A stretch of 64,000 nucleotides of DNA from an uncultured Chloroflexia bacterium (GCA_963716815.1 CAVQUM010000012.1:145030-209029), one strand, 5' to 3'; counted from the stretch's first letter, positions 1 to 11,323 are shown. Made by a program: numbers and translations. Notes: a model not told the origin generated them from the sequence alone.

Positions 1-1
1 C

Positions 2-769
2 GGCTACGCCATGCGCTACAACGGTGACCCCGACTTCCTCGCGGGTGCCTTCACCAATCCCGACGCCGCGGTCCGGCGCAAGGCCGTCGACCTCACCCGG
101 CGCGGGCTTGACGAGGCGCGCGAGGCGGGCGCGTCGGTGCTCACGCTGTGGCTGGGCCAGGACGGCGTCGACCATCCCTTCGAGGCCGACTACGCCCGTC
201 TCTGGGAGTGGGAGATCGAGGGCATCCGCGCGGTCGCCGAGCACGATCGGGACTTCGCCGTCTCGATCGAGTACAAGCCCAACGAGCCCAAGGCCATCAG
301 CATCATCCCCAACGTGCACGCCACCTTGCTGGCCATCGAAGAGGCCGATGCACCCAACCTGGGTGTGACCCTCGACTTCGCCCACGTGCTCTATGGCGAC
401 ACCAGCCCGGCCCTGGCCGCGGCGCTGGTGGGACGGCGCAGCCGCATGCTCGGCCTGCACATCAACGACGGCTATGGAGCGCGCGACGATGGGCTGATGG
501 TGGGCTCGGTGCACACGGTGCAGACGATCGAGTTGCTGCGCCAACTACAATGCGACGGCTTCAGCGGCACCATCTACTTCGACACCTTTCCCGATGGCTC
601 GGGTCTGGACCCGGTGGCCGAGACCGAGGCCAACGTGGCCGTCATCGAGGCCATGTTCGGCATCGTCGAGCGGCTGCCCGAGGCAGAGCTCCAGGCGGCC
701 CTCGCCGCCGGGGACGCGCTCACCGCTCATCGGCTCGTCCAGCAGGCCATCCTCGGCATCGATGGCTGA
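2..769 (+). CDS. Xylose-isomerase-like TIM-barrel sugar isomerase (resembles D-apiose isomerase family), 5' partial
   Basis: Frame is open from the window edge (GYAMRY...). Motifs GAFTNPD, EYKPNEP, VTLDFAH and HINDGYG..DDG match metal-binding residues of xylose-isomerase-fold enzymes. Confidence 0.8.
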   Translation, partial: GYAMRYNGDPDFLAGAFTNPDAAVRRKAVDLTRRGLDEAREAGASVLTLWLGQDGVDHPFEADYARLWEWEIEGIRAVAEHDRDFAVSIEYKPNEPKAISIIPNVHATLLAIEEADAPNLGVTLDFAHVLYGDTSPALAAALVGRRSRMLGLHINDGYGARDDGLMVGSVHTVQTIELLRQLQCDGFSGTIYFDTFPDGSGLDPVAETEANVAVIEAMFGIVERLPEAELQAALAAGDALTAHRLVQQAILGIDG

Positions 770-1699
770 GCCGGGCCCGGCGGCGGCCGCGCGACCCCGC
801 GTGACGGTCGTGGGCAGCCTGCACTACGACGTCATGGTGCGGGCACCGTATCTGCCGCGTGCCGGCGAGACGCTCATCGGGTCGGCCTGGTGGTGGAAGC
901 CCGGTGGCAAGGGCGGCAACGGGGCCATGGCCGCCGCCCGCCACGGTGCGAGCGTGGAGATGATCGGCAGCCTCGGTAACGATGACTTCGGCGAACGCCT
1001 GCGGGCGAGCCTGGCCGACGCGGGTGTGGGCACCGGCTCGGTCCGTGTGTCGGCCCAGGGCTCGGGCATGAGTGTGGCCATGACCCAGGACGACGGCGAC
1101 TACGCCGCGGTCGTAGTCTCCGGTGCCAACCGCGACATCGACCCCGAGCAGGTCGCCGCCAGCGCCGACGCCATCCGCGACGCAAACGTGCTCCTGCTTC
1201 AGAACGAGATCGACGCCGCTGCCAACGTCGCCGCTGCCGAGCTCGCCCGCGCGGCCGGGGCCACGGTCGATCCTGAAACGCGGCACCCGCCCGACCACCC
1301 GAGGCGATGGCCGGCCTGGTCGACGTCCTCGTGGTCAACTCCGTGGAGGCGGAGATGCTCGGTGCCGGCCCGGTCGATGACCTGGGCAGCGCAGCCGCGG
1401 CCGCCCGGGAGTTGCTGTCGGTGGCACCGACCGCCATCGTCACCGCCGGCCCTGCCGGGGTCGCGGCAGCGTGGGGCGAGGAGACCGTCAGGCTGCATGC
1501 TCACGAAATGACCGTGCCCGATGCACACGGCGCCGGCGACGTCTTCGTCGGAGCCCTCGCCGCTCGCCTGGCCGGCGGCGAGCCGCTCGCCGACGCGCTG
1601 CGCTACGCCAATGCCGCCGCAGCCCTGCATGTGGGCACGCCCGACGAGGAGCGGCACGCGATCGGGCCAGCAGATGTGGTCCGGCTGCTCGAGGGCTGA
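762..1699 (+). CDS. PfkB/ribokinase-family sugar kinase (frameshift ~1285)
   Basis: VTVVGSLHYD, GGKGGN and VVVSGAN in the first frame; VLVVNSVEA and DAHGAGDVFVG (PfkB signature) in the second frame. Confidence 0.85.
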
Positions 1700-1700
1700 C

Positions 1701-2813
1701 TCAGCGGCTGCGGGGTAGTCGCAGCTCGGGACCCTCGATGATGGGCTCGCCGTCGATGTAGACAGCACCGCCGGCCCGCGTGGGTCCAGGCCGCAGGTCC
1801 TTGACGATGTCCCAGTGGATGGCCGAGTGGTTGACGCCCCCGCACTCGGGATAGGCCCGGCCCAGCGCGATGTGGGTGGTGCCCACGATCTTCTCGTCGA
1901 AGAACAGGTCCTCGGTCCAGCTGCGGATGTGGCGGTTGACCCCGATGCCGTACTCGCCCACGCGCGCGGCGCCATCGTCGGTGGCCACGATGGTCTCGAC
2001 GAAGCCGGTGGCCGGACCGGCATCGACCTTCGATACCCGGCCCTCGTGGAACTCGAGGCGCATCCGCTCGATGCGCTGGCCGCCGAAGATGAGCGGGTCG
2101 GTGAAGGTGATGTGGCCCTCGGCCGTGGTCTCCACGGGCGCGGTCGCGACCTCGCCGTCGGGCAGGTTCATGGCCCCGTCGAAGAGCTTCCAGGTTCGTC
2201 CCTCGACCGAGAAGGACAGGTCGGTGTCGTCGCCCACGATACGCACCTCGCGCGCACCATCGAGCGCCGCGGCGAGGCCCGCCCAGGCCGACCAGCCGTC
2301 ATCGTCGATGCTGCCACGCAGGAACTCGTCGGCGAGTGCCTCATAGGGCATGCCCAGGTAGTCGGCGTAGCTGGGCGTGGGCACGCGCACGATGCACCAA
2401 CGCGTCTGGGCCCAGCGAGCCGCCGAGACCTCGCCGTGTGCGGCCCGCAGCAGGGCAGCGCGGCGGCCGAAGCCTTCGCTGTCGGGCTCGCCGGCCGGAG
2501 GCACCAGCGCACGCAGCGCGACGTGCGTGTCTGCCCACGACATGGCGAAGAGCTCGACCTCGAGTCGCCGGCGCGCCTGGTCATCGTTCCCGTGTCGCCG
2601 GATGGCCTCGTCGACCTCCTCGGTATGGAGCAGCGCGTGGTGGCTGGCACCGCGCCGCACGGCGCCCTCGGCCAGCGCCGCGGCCAGCGGATAGACCTCC
2701 GGCGAGGTCAGCGTGACCAGCAGGTTCGCCCCGGCGCGTACCTCCACGGAGGTGTCGAGGATGCGGTCGGCCAGGCGGTTCCAGTCAGTGCCGGTGTCGT
2801 GGTCAGGCCTCAT
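1701..2813 (-). CDS. Aminopeptidase, thermophilic metalloprotease family M29
   Basis: Motifs NLPDGEV, GEYGIGVN, FDEKIVGTTHIALG and SAIHWDIV. Start placed at ATG 2813, overlapping the FGGY stop. Confidence 0.85.
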   Translation of the reverse strand: MRPDHDTGTDWNRLADRILDTSVEVRAGANLLVTLTSPEVYPLAAALAEGAVRRGASHHALLHTEEVDEAIRRHGNDDQARRRLEVELFAMSWADTHVALRALVPPAGEPDSEGFGRRAALLRAAHGEVSAARWAQTRWCIVRVPTPSYADYLGMPYEALADEFLRGSIDDDGWSAWAGLAAALDGAREVRIVGDDTDLSFSVEGRTWKLFDGAMNLPDGEVATAPVETTAEGHITFTDPLIFGGQRIERMRLEFHEGRVSKVDAGPATGFVETIVATDDGAARVGEYGIGVNRHIRSWTEDLFFDEKIVGTTHIALGRAYPECGGVNHSAIHWDIVKDLRPGPTRAGGAVYIDGEPIIEGPELRLPRSR

Positions 2814-4305
2814 GAGCCACCTCATGCATGAGCGTGCGGGTCGACTCGTACAGCCGACGCTGGCGGGACGCCTGCCGCTCGTACAGTTCCGCGAGTTCGG
2901 CGTTGGGTTCGACCGCGTGGTCGAACTCCAGCCACGATGGCACGTCCTCCCGCCGCAGCGCGCCCACGCCGACGGCGGCCAGGACCGCGTCGCCGTAGGC
3001 CGCACCTCGCTGGCTGACCACCTCCTGGCGCCGGCCCAGGCAGTCACTGACGGCCTGCAGCCAGGCTTGGTTCTTCACGCCTCCGCCCACGGCGCGGATG
3101 CGCTCGATGGGTACGCCGATCTCGAGCATGACCTCGACGTTGAGGCGGATACCCTGTGCGATGCCCTCCAGCGCCGCACGCGCCACGTCGGCGCGCGTGT
3201 GTTGCAGGGAGAGCCCGAAGACCACGCCTCGGGCATCGGGATCGTGGATGGGCGTCCGCTCACCGCTGAGGTAGGGCAGGAAGTGGAGGCCGTTGGCGCC
3301 CGCGGGCGAAGCGGCTGCCCACGCTGCGAAGTCGCCGTAGTGATCGCTCAGCGCGGTCGCGTCGTGCTCGTCCGACAGCAGCTCGATGAGCCAACGCGTG
3401 AGGGTGCCGGCGGTCGACGTCCCGCCGGCCACGATCGAGGTGCCCTCGAAGACGTACGGCGCGGCCCACATGCGCGGGTCCACGATGGGCTCATCGACGA
3501 CAGCGATGATGAAGATGCTGGACCCGTACATGACCATCAGGTCGCCCGGTCCGAGGACGCCCGCGCTGACCGCCTCGGCCGGCGCGTCGGGAGCACCGGC
3601 GATGACCGGCGTGCCAGCCGCGAGACCGCTGGCCCGCGCCGCATCGGCCGAGACCCGCCCGACCACGTCGGTCGGCCAGACCGGGCGAGGCAGTCGATCG
3701 GGCTCGACGGTGCCCGCGACCCAATCGTCGATCCAGGCATTCGCACGGATGTCGTAGAACGGCCCCCAGTAGGCCGCCGTGGTGTGGTCCATGACGTGCT
3801 CGCCGGTGAGCTTGGCCACCAGGTACGACTGGCAGGTGTGGAACATGGCCGCGGCCGTGAAGGCCTCGGGCCGCTCGTCCCTGAGCCAGGCCACCTTGGG
3901 GCCCGCCGACTGCGAGGTCAGGGCGTTGCCGGTGCGCGCGAGGATGGCGGCCTCGCCCAGCTCGTCGTTGAGCCGCTCGATCTGCGCGCCCGCGCGCGTG
4001 TCGATGCCGTAGAGGATGCCCGGACCGAGCGGCCTGACCTCCTCGTCGACGGGCAGGACGCAGGGACCGATGCCGCTGCACCCGACCGCCTCCACCGCTG
4101 ACGGCGAGACCCCGCTCCGGTCGAGGATCTCGCGCACCACCGCGCAGAAGTTGCCCCACCAGTCGGCCTCGGCATCGTGCTCGGCCCAGCCCGGCTGGGG
4201 CACGTGCAGCCTGTTGGGCGCGGACGTCCCCCCCAGCACGCGGCCGGCGCGGTCGACGAGCACGGCCTTGGTCTCGGAGGTCCCGACGTCGACACCGATG
4301 AACAT
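2803..4305 (-). CDS. FGGY-family carbohydrate kinase (xylulokinase-like)
   Basis: IGVDVGTSETKA, ILYGIDTRA, PYLSGERTPIHDP.ARG and GGG motifs. Confidence 0.9.
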   Translation of the reverse strand: MFIGVDVGTSETKAVLVDRAGRVLGGTSAPNRLHVPQPGWAEHDAEADWWGNFCAVVREILDRSGVSPSAVEAVGCSGIGPCVLPVDEEVRPLGPGILYGIDTRAGAQIERLNDELGEAAILARTGNALTSQSAGPKVAWLRDERPEAFTAAAMFHTCQSYLVAKLTGEHVMDHTTAAYWGPFYDIRANAWIDDWVAGTVEPDRLPRPVWPTDVVGRVSADAARASGLAAGTPVIAGAPDAPAEAVSAGVLGPGDLMVMYGSSIFIIAVVDEPIVDPRMWAAPYVFEGTSIVAGGTSTAGTLTRWLIELLSDEHDATALSDHYGDFAAWAAASPAGANGLHFLPYLSGERTPIHDPDARGVVFGLSLQHTRADVARAALEGIAQGIRLNVEVMLEIGVPIERIRAVGGGVKNQAWLQAVSDCLGRRQEVVSQRGAAYGDAVLAAVGVGALRREDVPSWLEFDHAVEPNAELAELYERQASRQRRLYESTRTLMHEVAHEA

Positions 4306-4309
4306 GGCG

Positions 4310-5131
4310 CTAGAGCGTGCGGCGGAGGTCCGTCACGAGCTGCATCAGCTCCGCCGTACGCTCGCGGTCACTGGGGTTCTCGAACACGCCGTCGACCTTG
4401 AAGTACGTGCCCACGACCGCGCCGTCCGCGATCGCCAGCTGCTCGCGCACGTTGCCCGGGTTCACACCGGTGTTGACGAACACCGGTGTGTCGCCGACGG
4501 CCTCCTTGACCCGATAGAGGACCTGCGTGTCGGTCGCGGCGCCCGCGGTGAGGCCGGAGACACAGAGGGCGTCGGACTTGGCGTTGAAGACGGTCGAGCG
4601 AGCGATCTCGGCCACGTCGCGATCGCCGAGGTAGCGCGCGGCCTCGGGCACGATGTTCATGAGCAGCCGCACATCCTGCGCGTGGAGCGCACGGCGATGC
4701 CGGGCCGCGGCGCCGACGTCGGTGTTCCAGAGCCCGAAGTCGCTGGCGTAGACGCCGGTGAAGATCTTGCGCACGAAGCGGGCGTCGGTCGCGGCTGCCA
4801 GCTCGATCGAGGCCACCCCGTCCCACAGCACGTTGACCCCGAAGGGCACTGAGATGTCGGGATAGAGCTCGGCGATCACGCGCGCCATGGCGATCGGCGT
4901 GATGGGCTCGACCTTCGTGAGATAGGGCAGGCTGAACTCGTTCGAGAACATGACCGCGTCGACGCCGCCGTCCTGCAGCGCACGCAGGTCGGCCCTGGCC
5001 CGCTCGACCACGGCCGCGAGCCCGGCCCGCTCGTCGTAGTCGGGATCGCCCGGCAGGGCCATGAAGTGGCACATGGCGATGACGGGTTTGTGGACGCCGA
5101 AGACCTCGTGGAGCCAGCTCAAGTCGATCAC
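4310..5131 (-). CDS. BtpA/SgcQ family protein
   Basis: KPVIAMCHF.ALPGDP, GGVDAVMFSNEFSLPY and ADGAVVGT.FK.DG are typical of the family. GTG start. Confidence 0.88.
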   Translation of the reverse strand: MIDLSWLHEVFGVHKPVIAMCHFMALPGDPDYDERAGLAAVVERARADLRALQDGGVDAVMFSNEFSLPYLTKVEPITPIAMARVIAELYPDISVPFGVNVLWDGVASIELAAATDARFVRKIFTGVYASDFGLWNTDVGAAARHRRALHAQDVRLLMNIVPEAARYLGDRDVAEIARSTVFNAKSDALCVSGLTAGAATDTQVLYRVKEAVGDTPVFVNTGVNPGNVREQLAIADGAVVGTYFKVDGVFENPSDRERTAELMQLVTDLRRTL

Positions 5132-5256
5132 CCCTTGATGTGAGTCTCTGTCTGAACTATAGGTGGACGTCCCGCCTCGAGTGCCATCGACGGGTGCCAG
5201 AATGTGCTCGAGGCCAGCATGGCCAGAACGATGCGCAGGAGGACGCCGTGGAGGCG

Positions 5257-6204
5257 ATGAGGAGCGGAGCAGGACCGTGGCTGACCGTGGTCGGCAGCAC
5301 GATGATCGACCAGATCGCGTATGCGGCCCGGATGCCCGAGCGAGGAGAGACGGTCATCGGCGACCGCTTCGCCCAGGGCTTCGGCGGCAAGGGTGCCAAC
5401 CAGGCCGTGATGGCGCGCCTGATGGGGGCCGAGGTGGCCATGGTCAACGCCGTCGGTGAGGACAGCTACGGCGAGCAGACGATCGATAACTTCGCGGCCT
5501 TCGGCATCGACACCACCTACGTCCGTCGCGAGCCGGGCTCCAGCGGCGTTGCGCCCATCTGGGTCGAGCCGGACGGCAGCAATCGCATCATCGTCATCCC
5601 CGGTGCCAATGACGGGTTGCTGCCGGAGCACGGCGCCGCCGCCGTGGCCGAGCAGGAGCACGTCGACGCTGTCATCGGCCAGTTCGAGATCGGCCAGGCC
5701 GTGACCACGGCCGCTTTCGCCGCCGCGCGCGAGCGTGGTGCCATCACGGTCCTGAACCCGGCACCCGGCGCGGCCGTCAGCGCGGAGCTCGCGGCCGTCA
5801 GCGACTGGATCATCCCCAACGAGACCGAGTTCGCCATCATCGCCCACGCTGCGGGCCTGTCCGAAAGCGTCGCGGACCCGGGCGCGCTGCAGGCCCTCGC
5901 GGAGGAGCTCGGCGTGCGACTGCTGGTCACGCTCGGCGAGCGCGGGGCGGCGGTCGTCGGGGAGGACGGCGAGGTCCAGCGCGTGGCCACGCCTGCGGTC
6001 GAGGCCGTCGATACCACCGGCGCCGGCGACGCCTTCGTGGGTGCCTTCGTCTTCGGTCTCGCGTCGGGCTGGACGGAGGCCGCCTCGGCCCGCCTCGGCT
6101 GCGCCATCGCCGCCGAGTCGGTCCTGCGCCCCGGGACGCAGAAGTCGTTCCCGGACAACGCCCGTTGCCGCGAGATCATCGCCAGCGTCGCGGCCGAGAG
6201 CTAG
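5257..6204 (+). CDS. rbsK: Ribokinase
   Basis: VVGSTMIDQ, GFGGKGANQA, IIPNETE and DTTGAGDAFVG. Confidence 0.85.
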   Translation: MRSGAGPWLTVVGSTMIDQIAYAARMPERGETVIGDRFAQGFGGKGANQAVMARLMGAEVAMVNAVGEDSYGEQTIDNFAAFGIDTTYVRREPGSSGVAPIWVEPDGSNRIIVIPGANDGLLPEHGAAAVAEQEHVDAVIGQFEIGQAVTTAAFAAARERGAITVLNPAPGAAVSAELAAVSDWIIPNETEFAIIAHAAGLSESVADPGALQALAEELGVRLLVTLGERGAAVVGEDGEVQRVATPAVEAVDTTGAGDAFVGAFVFGLASGWTEAASARLGCAIAAESVLRPGTQKSFPDNARCREIIASVAAES

Positions 6205-6219
6205 GGTGGAGAGCCGATC

Positions 6220-6763
6220 ATGACCATGCACGAAGCCGCCGCCGAGTTGTCCGAGGTCGCTGACCGGATCGACGATGCCGCGCTCGAGCCGACCGTCCGG
6301 GCCATCGCGAAGGCACAGCGGGTGATGCTCTATGGCTGCGGCCGCGAGGGGCTGATGATGCGGGCCCTGGCCATGCGCCTCCACCATCTCGGGCTCAGCG
6401 TCTGCATGCAGGGCGACATGAGCGCCTTCCCGCTTGGCCCCGGCGACCTCTTCCTCTGCGCAGCTGGACCTGGCGAGCTGCCCACGTCTTCCAGCCTCTG
6501 CCGCGTGGCGCGTGCGGCCGGCGCCCGCGTGCTGGTGGTGACCGCGGAGCCGGACGGTGCCACCAGCGCACTCGCCGACGAGCTGCTGGTCATCCCCGCC
6601 CAGACGATGGCCAATGACGTGGGCAGTGATGCCGTCTTGCCCATGGGCTCGCTCTTCGAGGGCGCCATGTTCCTGGTCTTCGAGGTGCTGGTGCTGCGGC
6701 TGCGCGAGGTGCTCGGCGAATTCATCCGAGTCCATGCGCGCACGCCACACCAACATGGAGTAA
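6220..6763 (+). CDS. SIS-domain sugar-phosphate isomerase (6-phospho-3-hexuloisomerase-like; frameshift ~6720)
   Basis: YGCGREGL, GPGDL and LPMGSLFE motifs. The C-terminus MRARHTNME* lies in another frame. Confidence 0.8.
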
Positions 6764-6791
6764 CGACTCCGGGTTCGTCCTGTGACGAGCC

Positions 6792-7709
6792 CTACTTCAC
6801 CGCGCCCGTGGACATGCCCCGGATGATGAACCGCTCGAGCAGGATGCCGACCACGACGAGCGGCAGGATGGCGCCGAACGAGAGGGCAGCCATGGACCAC
6901 CAGCTGATGCCTTGGCTACCGGTCTGGCTGGCGATCATCACTGGCAGCGTCTTGGCGTCGGTAGAGGTCAGCAGCGAGGCGAAGAAGTACTCGTTCCAGG
7001 TCAGCACGAGGGCGAGCACGAAGGCCGCGATCATGCCCGGCAGGGCGATGGGCAGGATGATCTCGCGGAACGCGCCCCAGACGCCCTCGCCATCGACGAA
7101 GGCGGCCTCCTCCAGCTCCGAGGGGATGGCCTGGAACTGGTCGCGCATGATCCAGATGACGATGGGCAGCACCGTCAGCGTGTAGAGCAGGATCAGGCCG
7201 ATGTGCGTGTCGTGGAGCGCGAGCTCCGTGTAGAGCACGAGGAACGGCAGGGCCAGCACCACCGGCGGCAGGATCAGCTGGGAGAGGAAGAAGAAGGAGA
7301 TGTCGTTGTTGCGCATCGGCCCGAACTTGTAGGCGAAGCGCGACAGTCCGTAGCCGGCCAGTGATCCCAGCACGATCGCCAGCAGCGAGGCCGAGAACGA
7401 GATGACCGTGGAGTTGGTGAAGCGCTTGAGGAACTCGTCGCGGACCGTGCTGTCGGCCCCGATCGTGTCAGGCGACAAGCCCAGCGAGCGCCAGCCCAGC
7501 CAGGCCGGCTCGAAGTCGAGGAAGGGGATCATGTTGCCCTGCATCACGTCCGGCGCCGTCTTGAAGCTGGTAGTGATGGTCCAGAAGATGGGGAAGAGGC
7601 AGACGATGGTCCAGCCGATGAGCAGGCCGTAGATGACCACGCGGCTGGTGTACCACTTGGCCTTGTAGGCGAGGTCGACGTCGCTGTCGCGGAAGATGGG
7701 CGCGCTCAT
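6792..7709 (-). CDS. Carbohydrate ABC transporter permease
   Basis: Multiple hydrophobic helices and an EAA loop (ELEEAAFVDG). Confidence 0.92.
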   Translation of the reverse strand: MSAPIFRDSDVDLAYKAKWYTSRVVIYGLLIGWTIVCLFPIFWTITTSFKTAPDVMQGNMIPFLDFEPAWLGWRSLGLSPDTIGADSTVRDEFLKRFTNSTVISFSASLLAIVLGSLAGYGLSRFAYKFGPMRNNDISFFFLSQLILPPVVLALPFLVLYTELALHDTHIGLILLYTLTVLPIVIWIMRDQFQAIPSELEEAAFVDGEGVWGAFREIILPIALPGMIAAFVLALVLTWNEYFFASLLTSTDAKTLPVMIASQTGSQGISWWSMAALSFGAILPLVVVGILLERFIIRGMSTGAVK

Positions 7710-8830
7710 CGGTAGGGCCTCATCCAGCGGCTCGAGACCCGCATCAGGATGGTGAAGCCGATGACGATGATGATCAGATAGAAGAAGGCCATGGTCGTGC
7801 CATAGCCCACGTTGGATCGGTCACGGTACTCGCGGTAGATGAAGCTGCTGACGGTGTCGGTGGCGCCGCCAGGGCCGCCCAGCGTGACGTTGATGATGAT
7901 GTCGGCCAGCTTCAGCTTGAAGATGATGCGGACGATGATGGCGGTCAGCGAGACCGGGATCATCAGCGGGAAGATGATGGACTTGGAAGGCCCGCCAGCC
8001 CGAGGCGCCGTCGACGCGCGCCGCTTCGGTCAGCTCGCTGGGGATGGCCTGCAGACCGGCCAGGAGCATCAGCGTCATCAGCGGGATGAACATCCAGGCG
8101 TCCATGAGCTCCATGGTGAGCTTGGCGATGATGGGATCGGAGAAGAACGCCGGGTCATCGATGCCCAGGCTGCGCGCGAGTCGCGCCAGCGGCCCGAAGC
8201 GGAACTTCCAGCATGGACTTGCCGATCATCCACGACACCGCCACCGGCGAGAGCATCAGTGGGATGAGGAAGGCCACTCGGAAGAAGCGCCGCGCCCGGA
8301 TCTGTGAATGGAGCAGGAGCGCCAGGCCGAAGGCGATGGCGTATTCGACCAGGACCATGCCCACGTAGAAGACCATGTTGAGCATGGCGTTCCAGTAGAA
8401 GGTGTCTTTGAGCAGCGTCTCGATGTTGTCGAGCCCGGCGTAGGAGGGCCCGTCGGGCGCAGACAGGTTCCAGTCGGAGAAGGCGATGGCCAGGCCGAAG
8501 GCGAGCGGGATGATGGTCAGCGAGATGACGAACAGCGCTGCCGGCAGGACGAAGAGGGCGCGCTTGCCCATCTCGCCGTTGATGATGACCTGGCCGGCGG
8601 TGAGGCAGGTCGCCCAGACGACGTAGGCGAAGAGCGTGGGCTGCCAGTTCTCGAAGCCGAGTTCGAAGACGCCCATGGCGTTGAGCAGCTGCAGCCCGAG
8701 CCACGATCGCGAACAGCGCAAAGGAGCCGCGGATGAGGAGTCCGACCGATGCGCTTTCGCCGCTCCGAGATGTACTCGTGCGAGACGACGTGGAAGAGGT
8801 CGCCGTTGCTCAATTCGTGTGGCCTGTCAT
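7706..8830 (-). CDS. Carbohydrate ABC transporter permease (several frameshifts; start approximate)
   Basis: Pieces IIPLAFGLAIAFSDWNL, LIPLMLSPVAV, ELTEAARVDGAS and TLGGPGGATDTVS are spread over three to four frames. Confidence 0.8.
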
Positions 8831-8968
8831 TGCGGTGACGTGGGTGTAGGGAATCCCCGGATGGAATCCCGGGTGGAATCATGCGGGGTGCACGGTCGGC
8901 GCGCACCCCGCAGTCTCACATGGCTCGGCATGCGAGGGGCGCAGCTTGCGGCCGCGCCCCATCGACGG

Positions 8969-10616
8969 TTACTCGAGACCCAGCGACGCCCTGTAGAGCG
9001 CCAACTGACCCTCACGTCCGATCTGTTCGGTGATCTCCTCCCAGGCGGCAGCGATGTTGTCGCCGATCTCCTGCGCGGAGGCGCCGCTGCCCCAACCCAG
9101 CGCCAGCTCGTCCTCGGCCACCGAGTAGTACTGGAAGATGCCGGGGATGCGCGGCTCGATCGCCGCGTTGGGGTGGTTATAGCTATCGGCGTTCGAAGAG
9201 AGATAGTCCTCGACGAAGGCACGGTCGTAGCCCGCGGTCTCCCACTCGTCGTAGTCGAAGTGCGAGTTGCGGTACGGCTGGAAGCCGGACGGATAGGCCG
9301 ACGTCCACAGCGAGAGGTCCTTGCCGCCGAGGTGCGCCGCTGCCGACCACGCGCACTTGCGCTTCAGCTCGTCATCGGAAACACGGTTGGTGACGTAGAC
9401 ACCCCAGCCGATGTAGGCGTTGTTGGGGGACTCGTTGTAACCCTCGACCCACTCGCCGGCGGCGCGGTCGTAGTACTTGTTGGCGCCGGGCAGGATGTCG
9501 AAGCCGACGACGTCGCCTACGACCGAGGTGTCGGAGGTGCGGGCGTTGGAGCCCACGTCGCCCCACCACGCCAGGGACGAGCCGGTGCCCGCGAGGAACT
9601 GGCTGAAGGCCGTGCCGCCCGGATCGGTGTTGATCTGGTCGGTCGGATAGGCGTCAGCCTCGATGAGGTCGATGACGTCCTGGATGGCCTGCACCCAACC
9701 GGGGTTGTTGACCAGCGGCGTCATGTCCTCGGGATCGAAGAGCCAGGCCGGGTCCCCGGGGGTCTTCACGTAGGCCGTGGCGCGGTCCTCAAGGAAGTAG
9801 AAGCCGAAACCGCCCCAACCCTTCAGCGGGTCAAGGAAGCCGTTGGCCTCGAGGCCGGTCAGCGGGTCCGTCTTGTCCTTGAGGAACAGGGCGTGCGCGT
9901 TGACCAGGTCCCACGTCATGGGCACTTCCCACGGGCTGCCGTCGACGTTGTACTCCGACTCCGCCCAAGCGGCGGCGAACTCCTCGTTGTCGTAGTAGTC
10001 GGTGCGGAAGGCGTAGGTGTGAGTGTCGCCATCGATGGAGATGCGATACGTCGACGCCGTCCCAGGTGCCGACAGGCGGCTTGAGGTAGTCCACGTAGTC
10101 GTCCATGTCGATCTGCTCGGCGACCCAATCGGGCATCGGGTCGAGCAGGCCGCGGCCGGCGGTGTCGCCCTCGAAAGGCGCACCCATCTCGATGATGTCG
10201 AAGTCCACCGTGCCGGTGGCGATCGACTGCTGGAGCTTGGCGTTGTAGTCGGCCTGCGCCAGGTCGATCCAGCTGAGCTTGGCGCCGGTGTAGTCCTCCC
10301 ATGGCTTCAGGAAGCCACGGAAGAGGAAGTTGTGCAAGTTCTGGTTGTTGAGGCCCATGAACGTGAGCTCGACACCCGAGCACTCGCCCTCGGCCATGTT
10401 CTCCTTGGTCGCGCCAAGGGTCAGCTCGCCGACCTTCTGCCAATCGGCATCGGTCGGGCTGCCCATGCCCACGCCCGGGATCTGCAGCAGCGCGGCGCGC
10501 TCGTCCGCATTGAGGTTCTGTGCCATCGCTGGCAGAGCCCCGATCGAAAGAGCCGCCACCACTCCTAGGGCGGTGGCCCTCGTCAGCACTCTTCGTTCCG
10601 TGAACTTGACCTGCAT
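8969..10616 (-). CDS. Sugar ABC transporter extracellular solute-binding protein (frameshift ~10060)
   Basis: Signal peptide MQVKFTERRVLTRATALGVVAAL after a GGAGGAGG RBS; DIIEMGAPFEGD and FAYRTD-like segments; directly upstream of two permeases. Confidence 0.85.
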
Positions 10617-10718
10617 GTTGTCCCTCCTCCTGGGAAGACACATCGCTCGCTCCCGCGGGCTCGCCGCCGGTAGACGAGACGGTTGGTCCGGCTAGGGTAG
10701 CGCTCGCACATGGGTCCA

Positions 10719-10732
10719 TGTCAACGTTTTCG
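10719..10732. promoter_or_regulatory. Possible LacI-family operator between divergent sugar genes
   Basis: TGTCAACGTTTTCG resembles the LacI-type palindrome TGAAAACGTTTTCA. No LacI gene is present in the window. Confidence 0.3.
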
Positions 10733-10827
10733 CAAGCGTGCACGGGTGGTAACGTGAGCGCCACCGGAGGCGTCCTTTCCGACCGGCGCATGACCGGTCA
10801 CCGCGCGCCACGCATGGGAGGAACCTG

Positions 10828-11277
10828 ATGCTCAAGGGGATCGACAACCGACTCAACGCCGACGTCCTGTACACGCTGCGAGCCATGGGCCACGGCGACT
10901 ACCTGATCGTGTCGGACACCAACTTCCCGGCGGACTCGATCGCCGCCGAGACGCGTGCCGGTGAGCTTCTGCGCATGGAGAACCTGACCGCAGCAGAGGT
11001 CGTCAACGCGATCCTCTCGGTCATGCCGCTGGACAGCTTCGTCGATGACTTCGCTGGCCGCATGGAGGTCGTCGGCGCCCCCGACGAGATCCCGCCCGTG
11101 CAGCAGGAGGTCGCGGCTGAGATCGCCGCCATCGGCGAGACCCGCCCCATGCAGCCGGTCGAGCGTTTCGCCTTCTACGACCTGGCCAAGGGTGCGTACG
11201 CGGTCATCCAGAGCGGCGAGCGACGCTTCTACGGCTGCTTCATGTTGCGCAAGGGCGTCGTCCCGCCCGAGGAGTAG
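10828..11277 (+). CDS. RbsD/FucU family sugar mutarotase/pyranase
   Basis: MLKGID..L...L..MGHGD.LIVSD.NFPA, ERFAFY and YGCFMLRKGV. Confidence 0.92.
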   Translation: MLKGIDNRLNADVLYTLRAMGHGDYLIVSDTNFPADSIAAETRAGELLRMENLTAAEVVNAILSVMPLDSFVDDFAGRMEVVGAPDEIPPVQQEVAAEIAAIGETRPMQPVERFAFYDLAKGAYAVIQSGERRFYGCFMLRKGVVPPEE

Positions 11278-11323
11278 GCGTCGGGGCGGTCGCCGCCGGC
11301 ATCGAGGCGCCGCCCGCACCGAC

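Noticed and set aside
8850-8880. Three GGAATC direct repeats as a regulator site
   Set aside because: They are short and unevenly spaced (13 and 12 bp), and may fall within the 5' end of the frameshifted permease gene.
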